Shown here: positions 23,901 to 38,900 of the stretch, in pieces
Numbering within the stretch: the stretch's first letter is position 1
Layout: each line of letters starts with the position of its first letter
Origin: Antedon mediterranea
Taxonomy: Eukaryota > Animalia > Echinodermata
Assembly (NCBI RefSeq): GCF_964355755.1
Contig: NC_092672.1
Coordinates: forward strand, 28,650,437-28,714,436
DNA: 64,000 bases
Direction: 5' to 3'
Program-made: the position numbers and the translations under genes
Notes under the pieces: model-generated
Databases searched by the model: none
The model's input: the letters and a program-made list of their open reading frames with translations, nothing else
What the model was told of the DNA's origin: nothing

Positions 23901-26900
23901 TAAAATACCCATTGTGAAAAGGTTCTTTTGAATATTAAGCCCTTTCTGCATTATCGACCTATTGATATACCGACGTTTAAGAGATCACGCAGCAATTGAT
24001 ATTTTAACATTTGGTTGTCAAAAAATTGACAATGAGATCATTGGAAATAGCTCGTAATTTGGAGTAGGGTCTAAAGAGCATAAATAAAATATCTACATGA
24101 CTAAAACAAATAATTAAAGAAATCGTCTTCTAAAAAGTTTTATATAGGCGTGCTTAATGATTTCTTTCCATTTACAATAGTAAAGTATGTTATAGAAAAG
24201 AGAAAGTGAAAAAGAAATATAATTAGGCATATACTGTACACATGATGTGTGTTTAGAGGAACGGATAGAATCTTTACGAGTTGAAAGATAGACTGCTAAC
24301 GACGTGTGCCAACGTACGTAAATGCTGATATTATACTGTATTTGATTATTGTATTGGTCAAGATATCTTCAAGATAAATACAAACCATTACCACACCTGA
24401 ATCTACACACTAACGTGTCATTGATCAAATATAGATTACACAGTCACTTGATAACTAATACTAGTATTTGGTCAACAGAAAATGTACCAGAGAGTTTAGA
24501 GAGCGGTCAAGTGATCAACAAGTATTACTACAGTTGTTAGCAATATTAGTGGTAAAAATGGATGTTTATCTATATATAAATTTACGTAAGGGCAAAATTC
24601 GGTAAATCTCGGTTTATTTCTAGAATTTTTACTCGATGGTATATAAAGTTGGTTCATACTTTCGGTACTGATTTTAACCATCTGATGTAACCCTGTTTAC
24701 TAATTAAATTGAGTTAGGTAATTAGTTATTGACGATTAAAACGAATTTAGGTTCAACGATTTGCCCCAAATAGGGGTGTTTTCCGATCGTGGTATACACT
24801 GTCTAATGGATGTCCATCTTGAAAAATACCCGCCACAAAAAAAACGAGGAGGCTTCGCATTTTCCTATCTCCTCCTACGATAATTGTTTTTAATAGCTGA
24901 AAACTGGTTGAACAGCTAGAGTACAGCATCATAATGTTGAAGACAGGCCGATTTTCTTTAAAAAATACTATTTTGATAGATTTAATATACGATTATACAA
25001 ATGTATTGATTTGCGATGAATGGAACATTCCAATCTCTGTTTCACAAGTGTCTATTCCCTCAGGCGTCGTAAAGGCAAGTACAGTACTGTATACTTGAAA
25101 TTCGATCCATTTTTGTTTTCAATCTGTGCTGCAGAGGTTGGATATAATTTTTTTTTTAACGGATAATGAGCTAGCGTTTTCACTCGCCGTATATTATGTA
25201 CAAATCTTTATTATTGCAGTTAAACCACCCACATCATCACCTTTCCCTCACTGGCATGAGTAGCGTTGTAAAACCAGTAGAGAATAGGCCTACGGTACAT
25301 CACATGCCCTAAACGCAGAACAAGTTTGGTGGGTAGGGTAGGAACCAACTTAAGTGTGAATTGGCTCTAAGAAACAATTGAAAACCATTAGGCCTACTAA
25401 TTAAGTTGAGTTAGATAATTTAATATTTATTGACGATTAAATCGAATTTATGATTTTCCCCGAATAGAGGTGGTTTTCACAAATTGTTTTACATTATATT
25501 ATAAACATATACACGTCGTAGTGATGTATCGTTACATGTGCTGTACTATTTCAATCGACTAGGACGGTGATAGTTTCAACAAAGTATTACATCGCAATGT
25601 TTTACTGTGTTTAGTGGTATATTATTTGTAAAACATGAAAGCAATTAATATTTCGTTACTAAATGGATAAAGAATATATTTTAACATTGTTCCTCTTTGC
25701 ACCCATCCTCTTCCCCATCCCTCAACCCTAATGTTACATGCAAAACACAAATTAAGTTTGTTTAAATTTGACTTAAACAATTATTGGTCTTATTTTGTGA
25801 CAAGTTTCTCTTTCGGAAGTAATAGGGTGCTAATTTTAGTTGAGTACATAAATCACAGTGTCTATTTATTTGTTCCTGTAAACGACATGTATTATTGTCC
25901 TGCGGTACGTACATTTGAAATCGCCAGTTTTTTAACGCTGAAATTATTATGTATTCGAGAACCTTCTGTGGGCACGACCTAGATGGTACGCACCATCTAG
26001 TTACTATAAACCAACTCTAAATTGGGTTGATATTGCTTAAGTTCAGCAATTATTACACATTATCGGTAAACTAGACTGAAGGCCCTTTCACCTGTTCCGA
26101 TCCGGTTCAAAATAAAATCGGATCTCCTTGGTTTTTTTTTCACGACGCTCCACGCGGCTGGCTATGCACCAGTCATTTTACTCCATATGCGTGTAGCCGC
26201 GTGGCGCGTAGTGAAAAAGATAAGTCGATAATGTTGTTCTGACGCGAACCTGAACTGAAACCGGAGCCGGACCGGAGAAGATGAATGACGCTTAAATTTT
26301 GCTGTTCTGGGATAATGATTGAAATTATAAATACATTTTTGTTTTTGTCTCTGGTTTTAAAAATCCTACAGCTATTATTATGGGATTGCTTTAAATGTAC
26401 TTAATTTTTCTTCATCTTATTTTGCCAGATTCGAAGAACATAACGTTCCTTGTGTCGTCTGGATGGGGCCGTTCATACACCGAGTCGGGTGCTTATTCTG
26501 TTAGCTTTGGAGGAGAGCTTTATTTATATCAACTACACGCCGGTAAGAACGTAATCCTAAATTTTACATCTGTACATCCAAGTATTGTTGGTCAAATAAA
26601 ATTGCATAACAATAATACGACGTAAATAACAATAACAAAAATGCAATATTGCGTCATTATGTAATAAAGCAAAATGATACACTTTTCAGATATTAAAGGA
26701 GTAACACCAAACTATGGCAGCTACAGAGGAGGTACTCGTATCATCATTTCTGGTAAATACTTCGGAACGAAGATGGAATACGTTGCTGTTGATGTTGGTG
26801 GAGTCCAATGTGAGTTAGTCAGCGTTAAAGATAATGCTATTGAATGCATCACTGGAGAACAGTCTAGCAATCAGACAACCTTTCCCGGCAACCGAGGTAT

Positions 26901-29900
26901 TTACCAAGAAGTAAGGACAGACACATATTATTTTAACAGGTAAACGATATTAGTTAATTGACATTTTGGAGATTTTTTCAATTTATTAAGTTTCTGTTCC
27001 TTTTGGTCGTATTTAACGTAACTTTGACATTATGACCAAGAAAAAAGGGGTATTTCCTTTATTCCATGTTACAGTAGCGTTGCAAAAGTTGATTGTGACT
27101 TTTAAAGCGGACAGCGCGCAAACCGAGTCCCAGGATCTTGAGATTGAACATTTGAGGAGGCCAAACTTGCTGTTATACAAGTTCTGTCAAATTTACTGAG
27201 TGTATTATCAAAATCATTGACAAATGTGTGTAGATATCTAATATTTTAAAGTTATCATAATTGATGTATATTTCAAGAATAACCAAATATTTGCCCACTT
27301 GCCCACGGCTCACACGTTGAATCATAAAATGCAGGACATATTGCAAAATTGTTGAGATGATAATAACTATAATAATTCAGAAAGTTGAGCTTCTAAATTA
27401 CGAGGCTAAACCATTGTCCAGGGCATATATTATGATGTCTGTACGAACTTTAGGCCTAGGCCTACTTCACAACAGATAAAAATTATCTTTGAAGTGCTGA
27501 TATTGTCTGTTATCTAAAAACAATAAATATAACACTAGAAATAATCTCTTTCAGGTTAACACACTGCAAATATTGTATTGTTGCACTAGACCTATATTGA
27601 ATCTTGTTAACATTATATTCTTGTATTTATATTATATAGGGGCTATTTTGTGGCACCATACGACGGTGTATTTAAATTCATGATTTACAGCGATGACCAA
27701 TCAGAACTATACTTCAGCATGACAGAGAATCCGGAAAATAAAGTAAGATATTACTATAGCACTGCATTACTTTATGTACCTATTTCGTATATTTATGAAA
27801 TATTATGATATGTTTGACATCATAAAAGAAGAATTGGAGGTGTATTTATAAACAAATGTATTTAATAGTATTATATTTTATAGTATTAAAAACAGTCATA
27901 AAAAGGAAAACTACTGTATGTAGAAATTATTACAAAAATACAATTGGAAATTGATGTGCTCTTTATCTATTTTTTTAATTTTTTTGACTTGTCGAAATTA
28001 ATTAAACCAATTTGTATTTTTCCAAGAAGAGAAACATTATTAGACACGTGCGTTAAAAATGGTGAAGATGTTACTTGGCCGTTCACAACTGGATTACATT
28101 AGGATCCATCAGGATGTTAGTTCTCATTTCGGATACATTTAATGACTAGGTTTTTTTTCTCAAATCAAAACTAACTTGTGCGCATGCATTTCAGAGATGA
28201 TGAAATTAGATGAGTTTGTGGTATACATAAAGAAACCATTTATCCTTTTTTTTTCTTTTGTAGGTAAAAATTGCATTCAATTCAGTTGCACCCGGTAACA
28301 ACAAACTGATATCCGACGCGTTGACACTAACTGGCGGGAACCACTACTACATTGAAGCCTATCTTCATGAAGGATACGGATCAGACTATATCAACCTTGG
28401 TTTGATGATGTTTGATCTGCCGATTAGTAATGCTGATTATAGTGGAGCAGTTAACGAAGAACAAACAATATCAATTACATCAACTAAGAATAATGAACAA
28501 CAGGTAGACCTAAATTATATTTATTTTGAGTGCCATGCCGTTCATCCCTTGATTTTATCTTATTTTTCACGCCTGTACTCGCTCGATTAGTTTCTTTTTT
28601 CTCAAACTACTCTACTATAAATGTCACCATGACATTGTATCAATCGAAAAAAATTACACTGACTTTAATACAAATTCTAGGACAGTCTGACAAAAAAGGG
28701 CGACGTGACCTATATGGTAGTGATATGCCCAAGTATGACACATGTCCATATATGGGCACATCACATTTTCACTTAAAGTACGATAGTGTAGACAGAGCTT
28801 TAGATGAGTTCACATGAGAGTTAACACCAGATAAATAATTTAGAAGTTTGTTGAGTATGACTTAAGTAAAAAACTGACATAACAATTCATTATCTTTAAA
28901 GGTTTTAAGTATTAATGGAGGAGATGGAGAAGTTCAAGAAATACTGTTGTTGTTTTCAAACTGTTCAAATGAAGACACGGAAAATGAATATGTACGAGTA
29001 TGCGAAGATCTGGAAGGAATGTTCAGCATTTCATTTATGGAAGAAACCACAGGTAACACTTTACTTTACTTATTACTATCACTATCAATAATTCCTTTAC
29101 TGGTTACACCATCGCAAGATGTCAGTTTCATTTCTAGCTATATAATATAATAATATAATACAATTATAAATAATTCAATATACAATATGTTTCCCTCTAT
29201 TTAGCTTCATTATCTGCTGATGCCACTGTCAATGAGGTACAAGATGCTATTAACAACCTACAGAACGTTACATATTCTGTGTCTGTCAATAAAACAATAC
29301 GACTTGCTGGAAATGTGTTTGTGATTCATTTCCCATCAGGTTCGGGTAAGCAGATCATTTCATGAAACATGGATTTGTTTTATTGCAAATTCTATATTCT
29401 ATATCTCTGTTTTCTTCCTCTTGAATATTGAACTCTTTTTTATAAATCGTATGACCTTTAAAAGAGGTCACAAGAGCATGAGAAAATGCATGAAGGAGAC
29501 TAAAGTACAAGAAGTGTGCCAATCAGCATTGATAAATAACTTAGTTAACTGAATCGTGTCCGATGAAATTCAAATTTCATGTATAATGTAGTTTCTTTTA
29601 ATTTTACCTAGACAACTATTACTGCCACTAAAAATAAAAGTACATTTTTTGCTTGAGAAAAGCAGAGTTTGGTAATTAAAATTTAATATTGGAATATTCT
29701 AGACACAGTATAATTACGTTCCTTTGAATTCAGTAACAATATTATATTCTTTAAAAATGTCTTCAATTCTTAAATATATAAAAAAAGGTTTTTGTAATAT
29801 TATTCTTATTTAGGTAATGTTCAACAATTGGTTGGAATGTCCGATAACTTCGAGGTCGAGAGCTCCACCACGGTTGAAGGAAGCATGGCTACCATTGACA

Positions 29901-32900
29901 GTTTCGCTGTCAAATTTGACGAAATTGAAAGCGCATCACTGTCAAGTTCATCAACTGCTGAAGATTTTGAAGAAGCTTTAACACAGATGTTCACTGTCCA
30001 ATGTCAACAAGATTCAGAATCTAGTGGTCTTTACACAAATGATTACGAGGGTACTGCAAGTGGGTATGAGTCCGGCGCACGGGTTATGGATGTGGAACCA
30101 TACTGTGGACGAGCTTCTTTGAAGAATCCTAATATAATTTACGAAGCAGGAGGAACTGAGTCATCTAATGGAGAGACTGTTGATGTAATTGATGCTATAA
30201 AGAATGGAAAGGTAACGATGCTTATATAATAAAAAAAAACATAAGTTTGTATTAGATTTGTTATATTTTTGTGTTAAATATTGAAACTTTATTAATGTTC
30301 AATTTGGACAAAATTGCATTTAAAAAAAATGTTCAATGACCCTTTGACTAACAATGATGTAAATATATGTTACGTTTTATTTTTTTCAAAATGAATATAA
30401 CAATTAGGCAACCTACAAAGTACATATTAATACTAAAAAATGCAAATTTGTTCACTAATTAATACAAAGTTATTAGGAAAAATTGAACCCCTTACCCTAT
30501 AATTGTTATAACAAATTAATTTACCGGACAAAATCTCTTCATTCTCTGAATATTTGTTTTTTATTTTCAATTTTCTTGTTCATTTTGTCTATATGTTTAG
30601 TAAAATATGAACATAATATCTCTTATAAGTTTGTGTTTAAAATTGAAATGTACAAGTTAATTTAGAAGAAATTGCATTTTTGATTAAAGGTCATTGACCT
30701 TTTTTACCTCTAAAGATAATAATAGATGTTCGGATTAATATTTAAAAAAAAATAAAGAAATCCATACACTACATACTGATACCAAGAAAATGCAAATCTG
30801 TTCATTAAACCTTAAGTTATTTGATATAATGTTACCCCTACCCCATTATTGTCAACGATTACTAATGACAAACAAATTTCTTTATAATGCATAGCATATT
30901 CAATTTTGAAAAAATTTTAACTTCAATTTTCTTATTTATTGTGTCTATAGGTTTAAGAAAACATTAGTTTGTATAAGATATCTTTTATTTTTGTGTTTAA
31001 AATTGAAATCTTTAAGCTAATTTAGAAAAAATTGCATTTTTGACTAAAGGTCAGTGACTTTTTGACCTCTAAAGATATCAATAAAATGTTAGAATCATTT
31101 TTAAAAAGTATATTACATTTAGGCAATCTATATACTACATACTGATAGCAAGAAAATTCAAATCTGTTTATTAAATTGTAAGTTATTTGCAAAAATGTTA
31201 CCCCCATACCCCATAATTGTAAACGATTACATATTTATTTTTTGTTAATCTTTAACCTTAATTTTCTTGTTTATTGGGTCTATATCTTCATGAAAACATC
31301 AGTTTGCATAAGATCTATTGTATTCTTCTTTATTTTTAAACTTAAATTTATAAGTTAATATTAAAAAAAAAACAACATTTGGTGTCGAAAACGAATACGT
31401 GTGCGTGACGTATCCGTTTTTGTTATCGTATTCGTAAGATTGCGAAACCTCTCTATTATGTATGATGCTTTGTAATTTTTTTTTTAACATGTGTTACCTT
31501 CTTTGGGATAATTGGCAATATAATATTAAAACAAAAGCAATTGTTAATTTAATTGTTATATTCATTCCAGGTGTGCTTTGCGTATAACGGAGCCCTGTCA
31601 CAGAAAGTAAGGTTCACAATTCGTTGGAAACATTATGACGACGGAGATCAAAGAAGTGAGAGAGAATACAGAGTGTCTAAACTGACAAAGACAACAAGGT
31701 AAGAATAATATTTTGTACACTACATTGAGGCCTGCATTATTGAAAGTTATTGAAACTAATATTCATTGTTACATTGATTATTCATAGTTAATATAGAACA
31801 CAATCTTTTCAGGCTTGAATACAATCTTACAATGTAGTAAATATGGAGAGCTTGGATTCTATTATATCATCAACAATTTATATAATAGATAAATCAGCTA
31901 CTCATAATACGTTTATAAATTCAGCTATTAAGAATTTGAATACATTATTCATTGGATAGATTAAACAAAATTTAAGAAACATTTTTTTAAATGAAAGCAA
32001 ATCAACTGAATAGTAAATTTTAACTCATATTAATGTTATTTTAAATTTTATTTTCACTGTGGTTTGCCTTTGCCCATTGGAAATAAGTTTATCTGGACAT
32101 TAAAGACCTATATTATCTCTTTGTCTTTTCCAGCATATTTTTTTTGTCTATGTTTATTGTAATTGCTATATACGTTAATTATTGTATTTTTAATGAGGGA
32201 AAAGGTATCAAATCAAATCAATGTTATTCATTAAAAAGTCGTAGCATCGTACCTGCATAAGAGTACGGCACTGCCTAAAAGATATCCTGTTATTAGTATA
32301 CTATGTATTATTGTTAAATACTTGTTTATGTTAATCTTATATTCGTATTCCTTATTGATTAATCGGATTGATTTACTTCTAGTTGGCATTATACGTGCTT
32401 CGATATATACAGCTATATACAGCAAGACGAAGAACTTAATTTTGAGAGTAGTCCCGATTCTCCATTTGATGTTGAGGTCATTACACTTTACCAAGATGGC
32501 GGTGACTTCTACATTGATAACTTGAATATTGGGTCCAGTGAAATAAAATGTAAGTCATTAAAGATAAAGATATATCTGTAAGAAACCTTCCTGCCCAAAA
32601 CAGAAAAGTATGGAAATAAATCGTGGAAAGCGTGATGTCTAAATAATGGCAACAGTTTGAAGAAAGAGAGAGACAGACAGAGGGGAGTAGGGGAGGCGGG
32701 GGGGGGGGAAGTGTGTCTGTATTAAATGTGAAAACAAAAAAAGCTTTTTTTGCATTTTCAAAAGAACATTTCCTCCTTTTAGTTCAACCTCACCCTATCA
32801 TTCAAGTTAAACAAGTAAAATTTAAGGCAAATAAACTAGGCAGACATGTGGTCGAAATGAAAATCGCAGAAAATACTAAAAGTAGCCCAATATGAATTCG

Positions 32901-35900
32901 TTTGTATTAAAAGTATAGATTCTATACTAAAGATAGTAACTCTTGACAAGAAACTGATTTCTTCACTGTTTTTGTCACATGTAGTTTTTAGGTACAATGT
33001 TTTTTGTGTTTTCAGATCTTCAAACTCGTCCTGCAGCTCGACCAAACGATATATTTGTTACAGAAGTATCCGTTGTAAAAGACACAAACAGCTTTAATAT
33101 CACACTATTTGCAAAAAATTGTGTCTACGGATTTCCTCTTCTCCAGGTTAGAGCTGAAAATATTACAAATGGATCAGTTGAAGATGAGAGTGATTACGTC
33201 GAATTTAGCAGCAATGATTGGCGAAATAGAACAACAATTACCGTTGAAAGGTTGATAGCAGCATCAAAGCCAATATATGGTACTTTCATGATTGAATGGA
33301 ATGGTAAAAGCTCAGGTAAGGTCATTTTAATGATATTACAATATACCTGTCACTATAACATCTTGTTAACAGCTGTAAAGAAGATGATAGTTGCATCAGA
33401 AACCTATGGAATAAAACGATTAAAACCTCGTTTTATTGGCATCAGTGATGGATATACTGCACTCTGATGATAATTGATTATTTAGGCCAACTAACGGTAC
33501 ATCATCCACCATCACCACAATTGGAGTTACGAGACTAATACAGAAATTGAGCAAATTTATTTAGTCGGTTAAACCCAGGCTTACCCAGAGTCATAGCTTA
33601 GTCCACTGACATTTCTCCACGATTATGCATATTCAGAGTAAAATAGCAGTATATTGCACAAAACCGTAAGCCGGACTTTCACGTGTTGCACACTTCAGTT
33701 CACTTAATAATTCTGTTCTATTTGTCTGTTTAATATATTTGTCTGTTATATATAGTTTCAGCCATTTTAGTAGCTTTAACATAAATCTTATAACACTCAT
33801 AAAAAAATGGTTCAGTTGATTTTTTACTTCCTTTTAATTTTTAAATTTTTTCCCTAGCTGTATCTGCCACGTATTCAGCCAAACAAATGAAAGAATTGCT
33901 TGAAGGATATTTTTCTACTGGACTAGTGGCTGTAGAGAAAACGTCAACATGCTTATCTTCTATCTGGAACATTGAATGGACTGAAATTGGTGGTAATCAT
34001 GAACCTATAGAGGTAAAGGCAATGACTAATGTTTTTGCAAGAAAATTAAGGAATGAAACTAATTTAATTATTCAAGAAATATTATGTGGAAAAAGAAAGA
34101 AAGAAAAAGAATAACATTTTGTGTTTTATCCATGGAATTTTCCATAATGTTTTTAGGTGCACCCGTTCGCTTACTATTCTCAGTAGTCCCTGAACAACAT
34201 GTTCTATCTCCTTGTTTAGTCCTCAGTGCCTGAACAATCCTCGTAGAGAAATGTTACGTTATTTTCTAGACACAGTATCCCAATGCTCAGTAATTTGAGG
34301 AAATATAGGTCTCAAGTGCATCTAATTATTCTTTATTTATACTATATTATGTTATACTCTAAATAAAAAAACAACTGTATGATATTTTCAGATTAATGGA
34401 ACAGGTTTAGTAGGTGATGACGTAGACATTAAGGCTTCCACAGACGTTGATGGCGCACTAGTCCTTTCCCCTATTCCAGGTGACTACCTACGAACCCCAC
34501 ATTCATCGCCTCAAGTAAGTAGTCAAGAGGTTTATGTTTGGGTCCCACTACGTAACGCTACGTAAGGGACAAGTGATGAAATATTCAAACTGTCGTCTAC
34601 GTTCTTGCGTTGTATCTCTAGTGGAAACCAAGCTGTACTGGTCAGAAATAAAACAAGAGAAAGCATAAAACTATTGAAAATAAACCATATTCGATAATAA
34701 CCACGAAACAAAATTTAATTATTGAAAACAGACTCTTGTCAGATCTTCAGCCGTCAGTTTTTATTTTAATTTCAGGTTGAAGTTTATATAAATGAGGTGA
34801 TCTCCAGTTGTGCCACGGATAATTGTACATTTGATTATAATGAAGATTACACTGCCGAAATAACCAACATTGACAAACATGCAGGTAAAATAACCAAACT
34901 CGATTTCCCATGACTAATAGATTTTGTGTATGTTGGAAAGACTAATGACTGATCTGACAGATTGTTTTGTTCCCACAAGGTGAATTGACCAATCACTCAC
35001 GACGGATCGTCCGAACTGTCGCTGGTGATTAGTAAACTTATTTTTTGTTGCGATTAAGGCCCTGTTCAGACCCATGGCGTTAGACCGTTTTAGCGTACAA
35101 CGTTACTAGCAAGGTCACGTTACAAACCGCAGAGAAAAAAACGAGGTGTTCAGACCCATAGAGCACGATTATCGTTACAACGGAAGTACGTCATTCAGGT
35201 TGTTTCTATTGCATATTCATGTGTTCTTACCCACATGTTTTCATCATTATTTCCACTGTATATAGGCCTAGATCTCAGCCCTACAATTATGACAAAATTT
35301 GCCGTAAATAAAACATACCTCAGCATTTATTTAAGAAAAATATAGTAAAGCCAAATTTCTGTTTCTATTGTTTTTATTTTGTAGTAAAAACCATTTTCCC
35401 CAGGTTCTTTGTTACGAAAATAAAGCAGGCCTCCTAATGATGAAGACAAAATTGATTGTGATTAGTCTATCCAGTCCAGTCAAAGATAATTATATTCTTT
35501 GGTCCAGTCGGTTGAAAATAACCCTTAACTTGCTAATAAAAGGGACACAGCTCCCTTTGTTTGTTTACTAAATTTTTTAGGAGTTAGGGGGTTTTCAGCA
35601 TTAAACTTGTCCAGTCTAGTCTGCCTTGTATGAATGAGTGACTTGATGTCCCACACTAGTTTTTAGCTTGAATGAAATGCGTGAATGGCTCTAGGCCTAG
35701 CTAGGCCTAAAAGCGGATGGGATCGTAGTCCCTATGTTTAAATACAAGGTGCATTTATTTATGTCATTTGTTAGAAAATATAATGGTAATCAGTTGGTAG
35801 TAGTTTGGGTAGTTTGTAGCCTTTGTAACAGTTGTATTTGTAGTGTAGTTAGGCCTTATTTATTCTGGCCTTTTTGTTATTGAAATCCATCTCACACATT

Positions 35901-38900
35901 GACGATACAAGATGTCAGCCTAGGTCAAACCTTGTTTCGCGTCATAACAGGAAACGTTCTGATTGGATACAACGTTGACTTACAGTAGCGTCGTACGCTA
36001 AAACGGTACTATCAACCGTTTTCCACTACAACGCTACAACCGTTGTACGACGCGTTGTACGCTAATCCCCAACTGTTCAGACACACATTCTTTTAGCGTC
36101 GTACGCTAAAACGATCTAACGCCATGGGTCTGAACAGGGCCTTTGTCCTTGCGTTGTTTACTAAGTGAGAACCAAATTCGAGGCAAACGATGTACGAATA
36201 TTGGTTTTGGGCTGGTGGCGTTGAGGGTAGACAATATGTGTTGCGATAAACACGTATACGTCACAGAAGACGTAAGATTTTCTCAGACTAACTTAGCGCT
36301 TTTTAAAGTTAAAACTTCTTCCTCTGAAATAGCACCAGCCAGTGTCTTCCATAAGAAACATTGTGTACACGTCTTATGTTTTCTGTTGATCAGGTTCTGA
36401 AGCTGAACAGACGACCATCACCATCACAGGCACCGGTTTCAGCATAGAAAGTTCTGAGAATATTGTTACCATTGGTGGTGATATAGCATGTGAAGTACAA
36501 TCTTGTGATGAAACTCAGATAGTCTGCGATGTCCAAAACGGAAAGACGGGAATTTATGAAGTTGAAGTCAATGTTGTACCTTTTGGATATGCTGAAAGCA
36601 GTAGTGTGTATTAATTTACAATACTATATATTTCAAATACATGTACTTAATAATTATGTTATATTGAAATTTTGTATATTTCAATATTTAACTTTTTTTT
36701 AATTCTGGAAAATTTATTGATATGGTGATTCATACTTAATGTAATTCTTTTATTTGTACAGTATGCAAATAAAAGGAGGCGCGACAGTGTGACTGACTTA
36801 CTGTTTGACTTTGAATAAAATAGGCTAAAGGTTGAGTTGAGTTTTTGTTTTGTTTTTTATGATCGGACAACATAACTCATGATTTTATTCGATATTTCAG
36901 CTGATGTATCCTTTAACTACACTGTCAACATTACCAGTATTGAGCCAGAATCGGGTAGCGAATCAGGTATAAACATTAATTTCTCTCTGATATAGCAAAC
37001 GTTTTGTTTACTTACGTTACTTGTTTCCGAAACAACAAAGCAAGCCAAGTTAATTACTGATTAGAGGCTAGGTATTTAAGACTTGGTATAAAGTTCCTCT
37101 TAAAAATTAATACAAAGATTCAATAGGGTTGTGGGCGGCTAGCTTGACCCTTTTTAAAACCACTAAGAGCTTCACAGAAACAACTACATGTCAAAGTAAA
37201 TAAACTTGACATTGATGAAATGTTTTTTATAGGAGGAACTGAAGTAAATATTTATGGTCACGGTTTTAGTAATATTCCAGAAGAGAATACAGTTTTCATT
37301 GGCAGTACACGATGTGTCGTCACTCAATCAAGCTTTAATTTTATCATTTGTACATTGGAAGTCCAGGTTAGCAAAACTATTTCTTTGTCATGCTTGAAAT
37401 AATCTGGTTTCCTAGTATGGCTTATAGGATCCTTCTAGTTAAACACTTACCACTTATTTCATTTTCATTTATTTTGTCTCCTTAAAATTACAAACAAAAA
37501 ACAACATTTAAAACCAGGCAGAAACAGGATTCCTAAAAGCGAACTTCATAACTATATAGTAGGTATCATATTGCAATGATAAGATATAAAAAAACCATTT
37601 AGAATATAATTTCTATAAACATTAAAAATGCATAAAAATAATATATCAAAATAAAATTCATCAATAAATAGCAAAATCTTACTTACAATCTTACAACAAT
37701 TGTTAAGCTGGTTGAATACGATCGTATAGTCGTAATAGCTGTATTTAAAGTTAGTGAATCTCTTATTTCTTCCGGTAGTCCCCCCTCTCATGCACGCAGA
37801 ATGTGGAAAATTTTGTATTTTAAAGAATTTTCTTACTGCTTATTTCAAAATCAAAACAAAACATATTCAACTAAAAAGTCTTACATTTGATATGTACTAA
37901 TCGAAAACAATAAAACACATACACTAATTATTATATGGCTGATTAAAGCTGTAATATCAACAATACATTTTACTGTTTCTTTTAAAGAATGAGTCTAGAC
38001 GACGAAGATCAACAAACACGGTAGATGTTTATGTTGAAATCGATAACCATTCGCACAGTAAGGACAATGCATTTACTCAAGATCCAGCTTTAACGCCAAC
38101 AATATCAAGTATCTCACCAACTTCAAGTAGTGTTCTAGGTTCGTTATTCTTACTGAATTAGTACAAATTTGTTGACTTTTTCATGATAATGGGTTCTTTT
38201 TCTTTTCTCCAGTAGGTTTGGACAAGTAAGCCTATCAATTCTAATATTCAATATTAGATTGGAGAATAACATTAGTTACAATTAAAGTGAAAAGATTTAG
38301 GCCATATACATGCCTGCAGTCGCGTGCTTAAGATAGTGTTTATCAACCGACCGACCAACCGACCGACATAGTGAGCTGTACAGTCGCCTTGCACGCGACT
38401 AAAAACATGCATTCTAATTTAATACTGCTTTTTATAGGATTAATAAACACCATGTTTGAAAGCTTTACTTCGTCATGTACAAAAGTTTAACTTGATGTGC
38501 ATGTTTTACCTGTATGTGCGCGCGTGCAAAAGTGTTACTTTGTATGAAAAAGTGTTACTTGATTTACAAAGTGATGATTGTAATTGCCGCAAAACAAATT
38601 TTAATTTTAATTATTATTTTTGTTTTCTTTCTAGGAGGAGGCACCATTGTTATACTTGGGTCAAGTTACGGTACCAAAGAGCCTATGGTCACTATTAATA
38701 AACTTGAATGTTCTGTGACATCATTTAATGACACCGAAATTCAATGTACTATTCCTGGTAACGAACCTGGCATTTATGACGTGACAGTATCGGTGCCAGG
38801 AAAGGGTTATGCTAAAACTGGGTATGTTTTAAGCTATAATGCTTCAATAGAGATTTTATGAATGTGTCTTTTGATACTTGAAATGCACTACAGCATTAGC

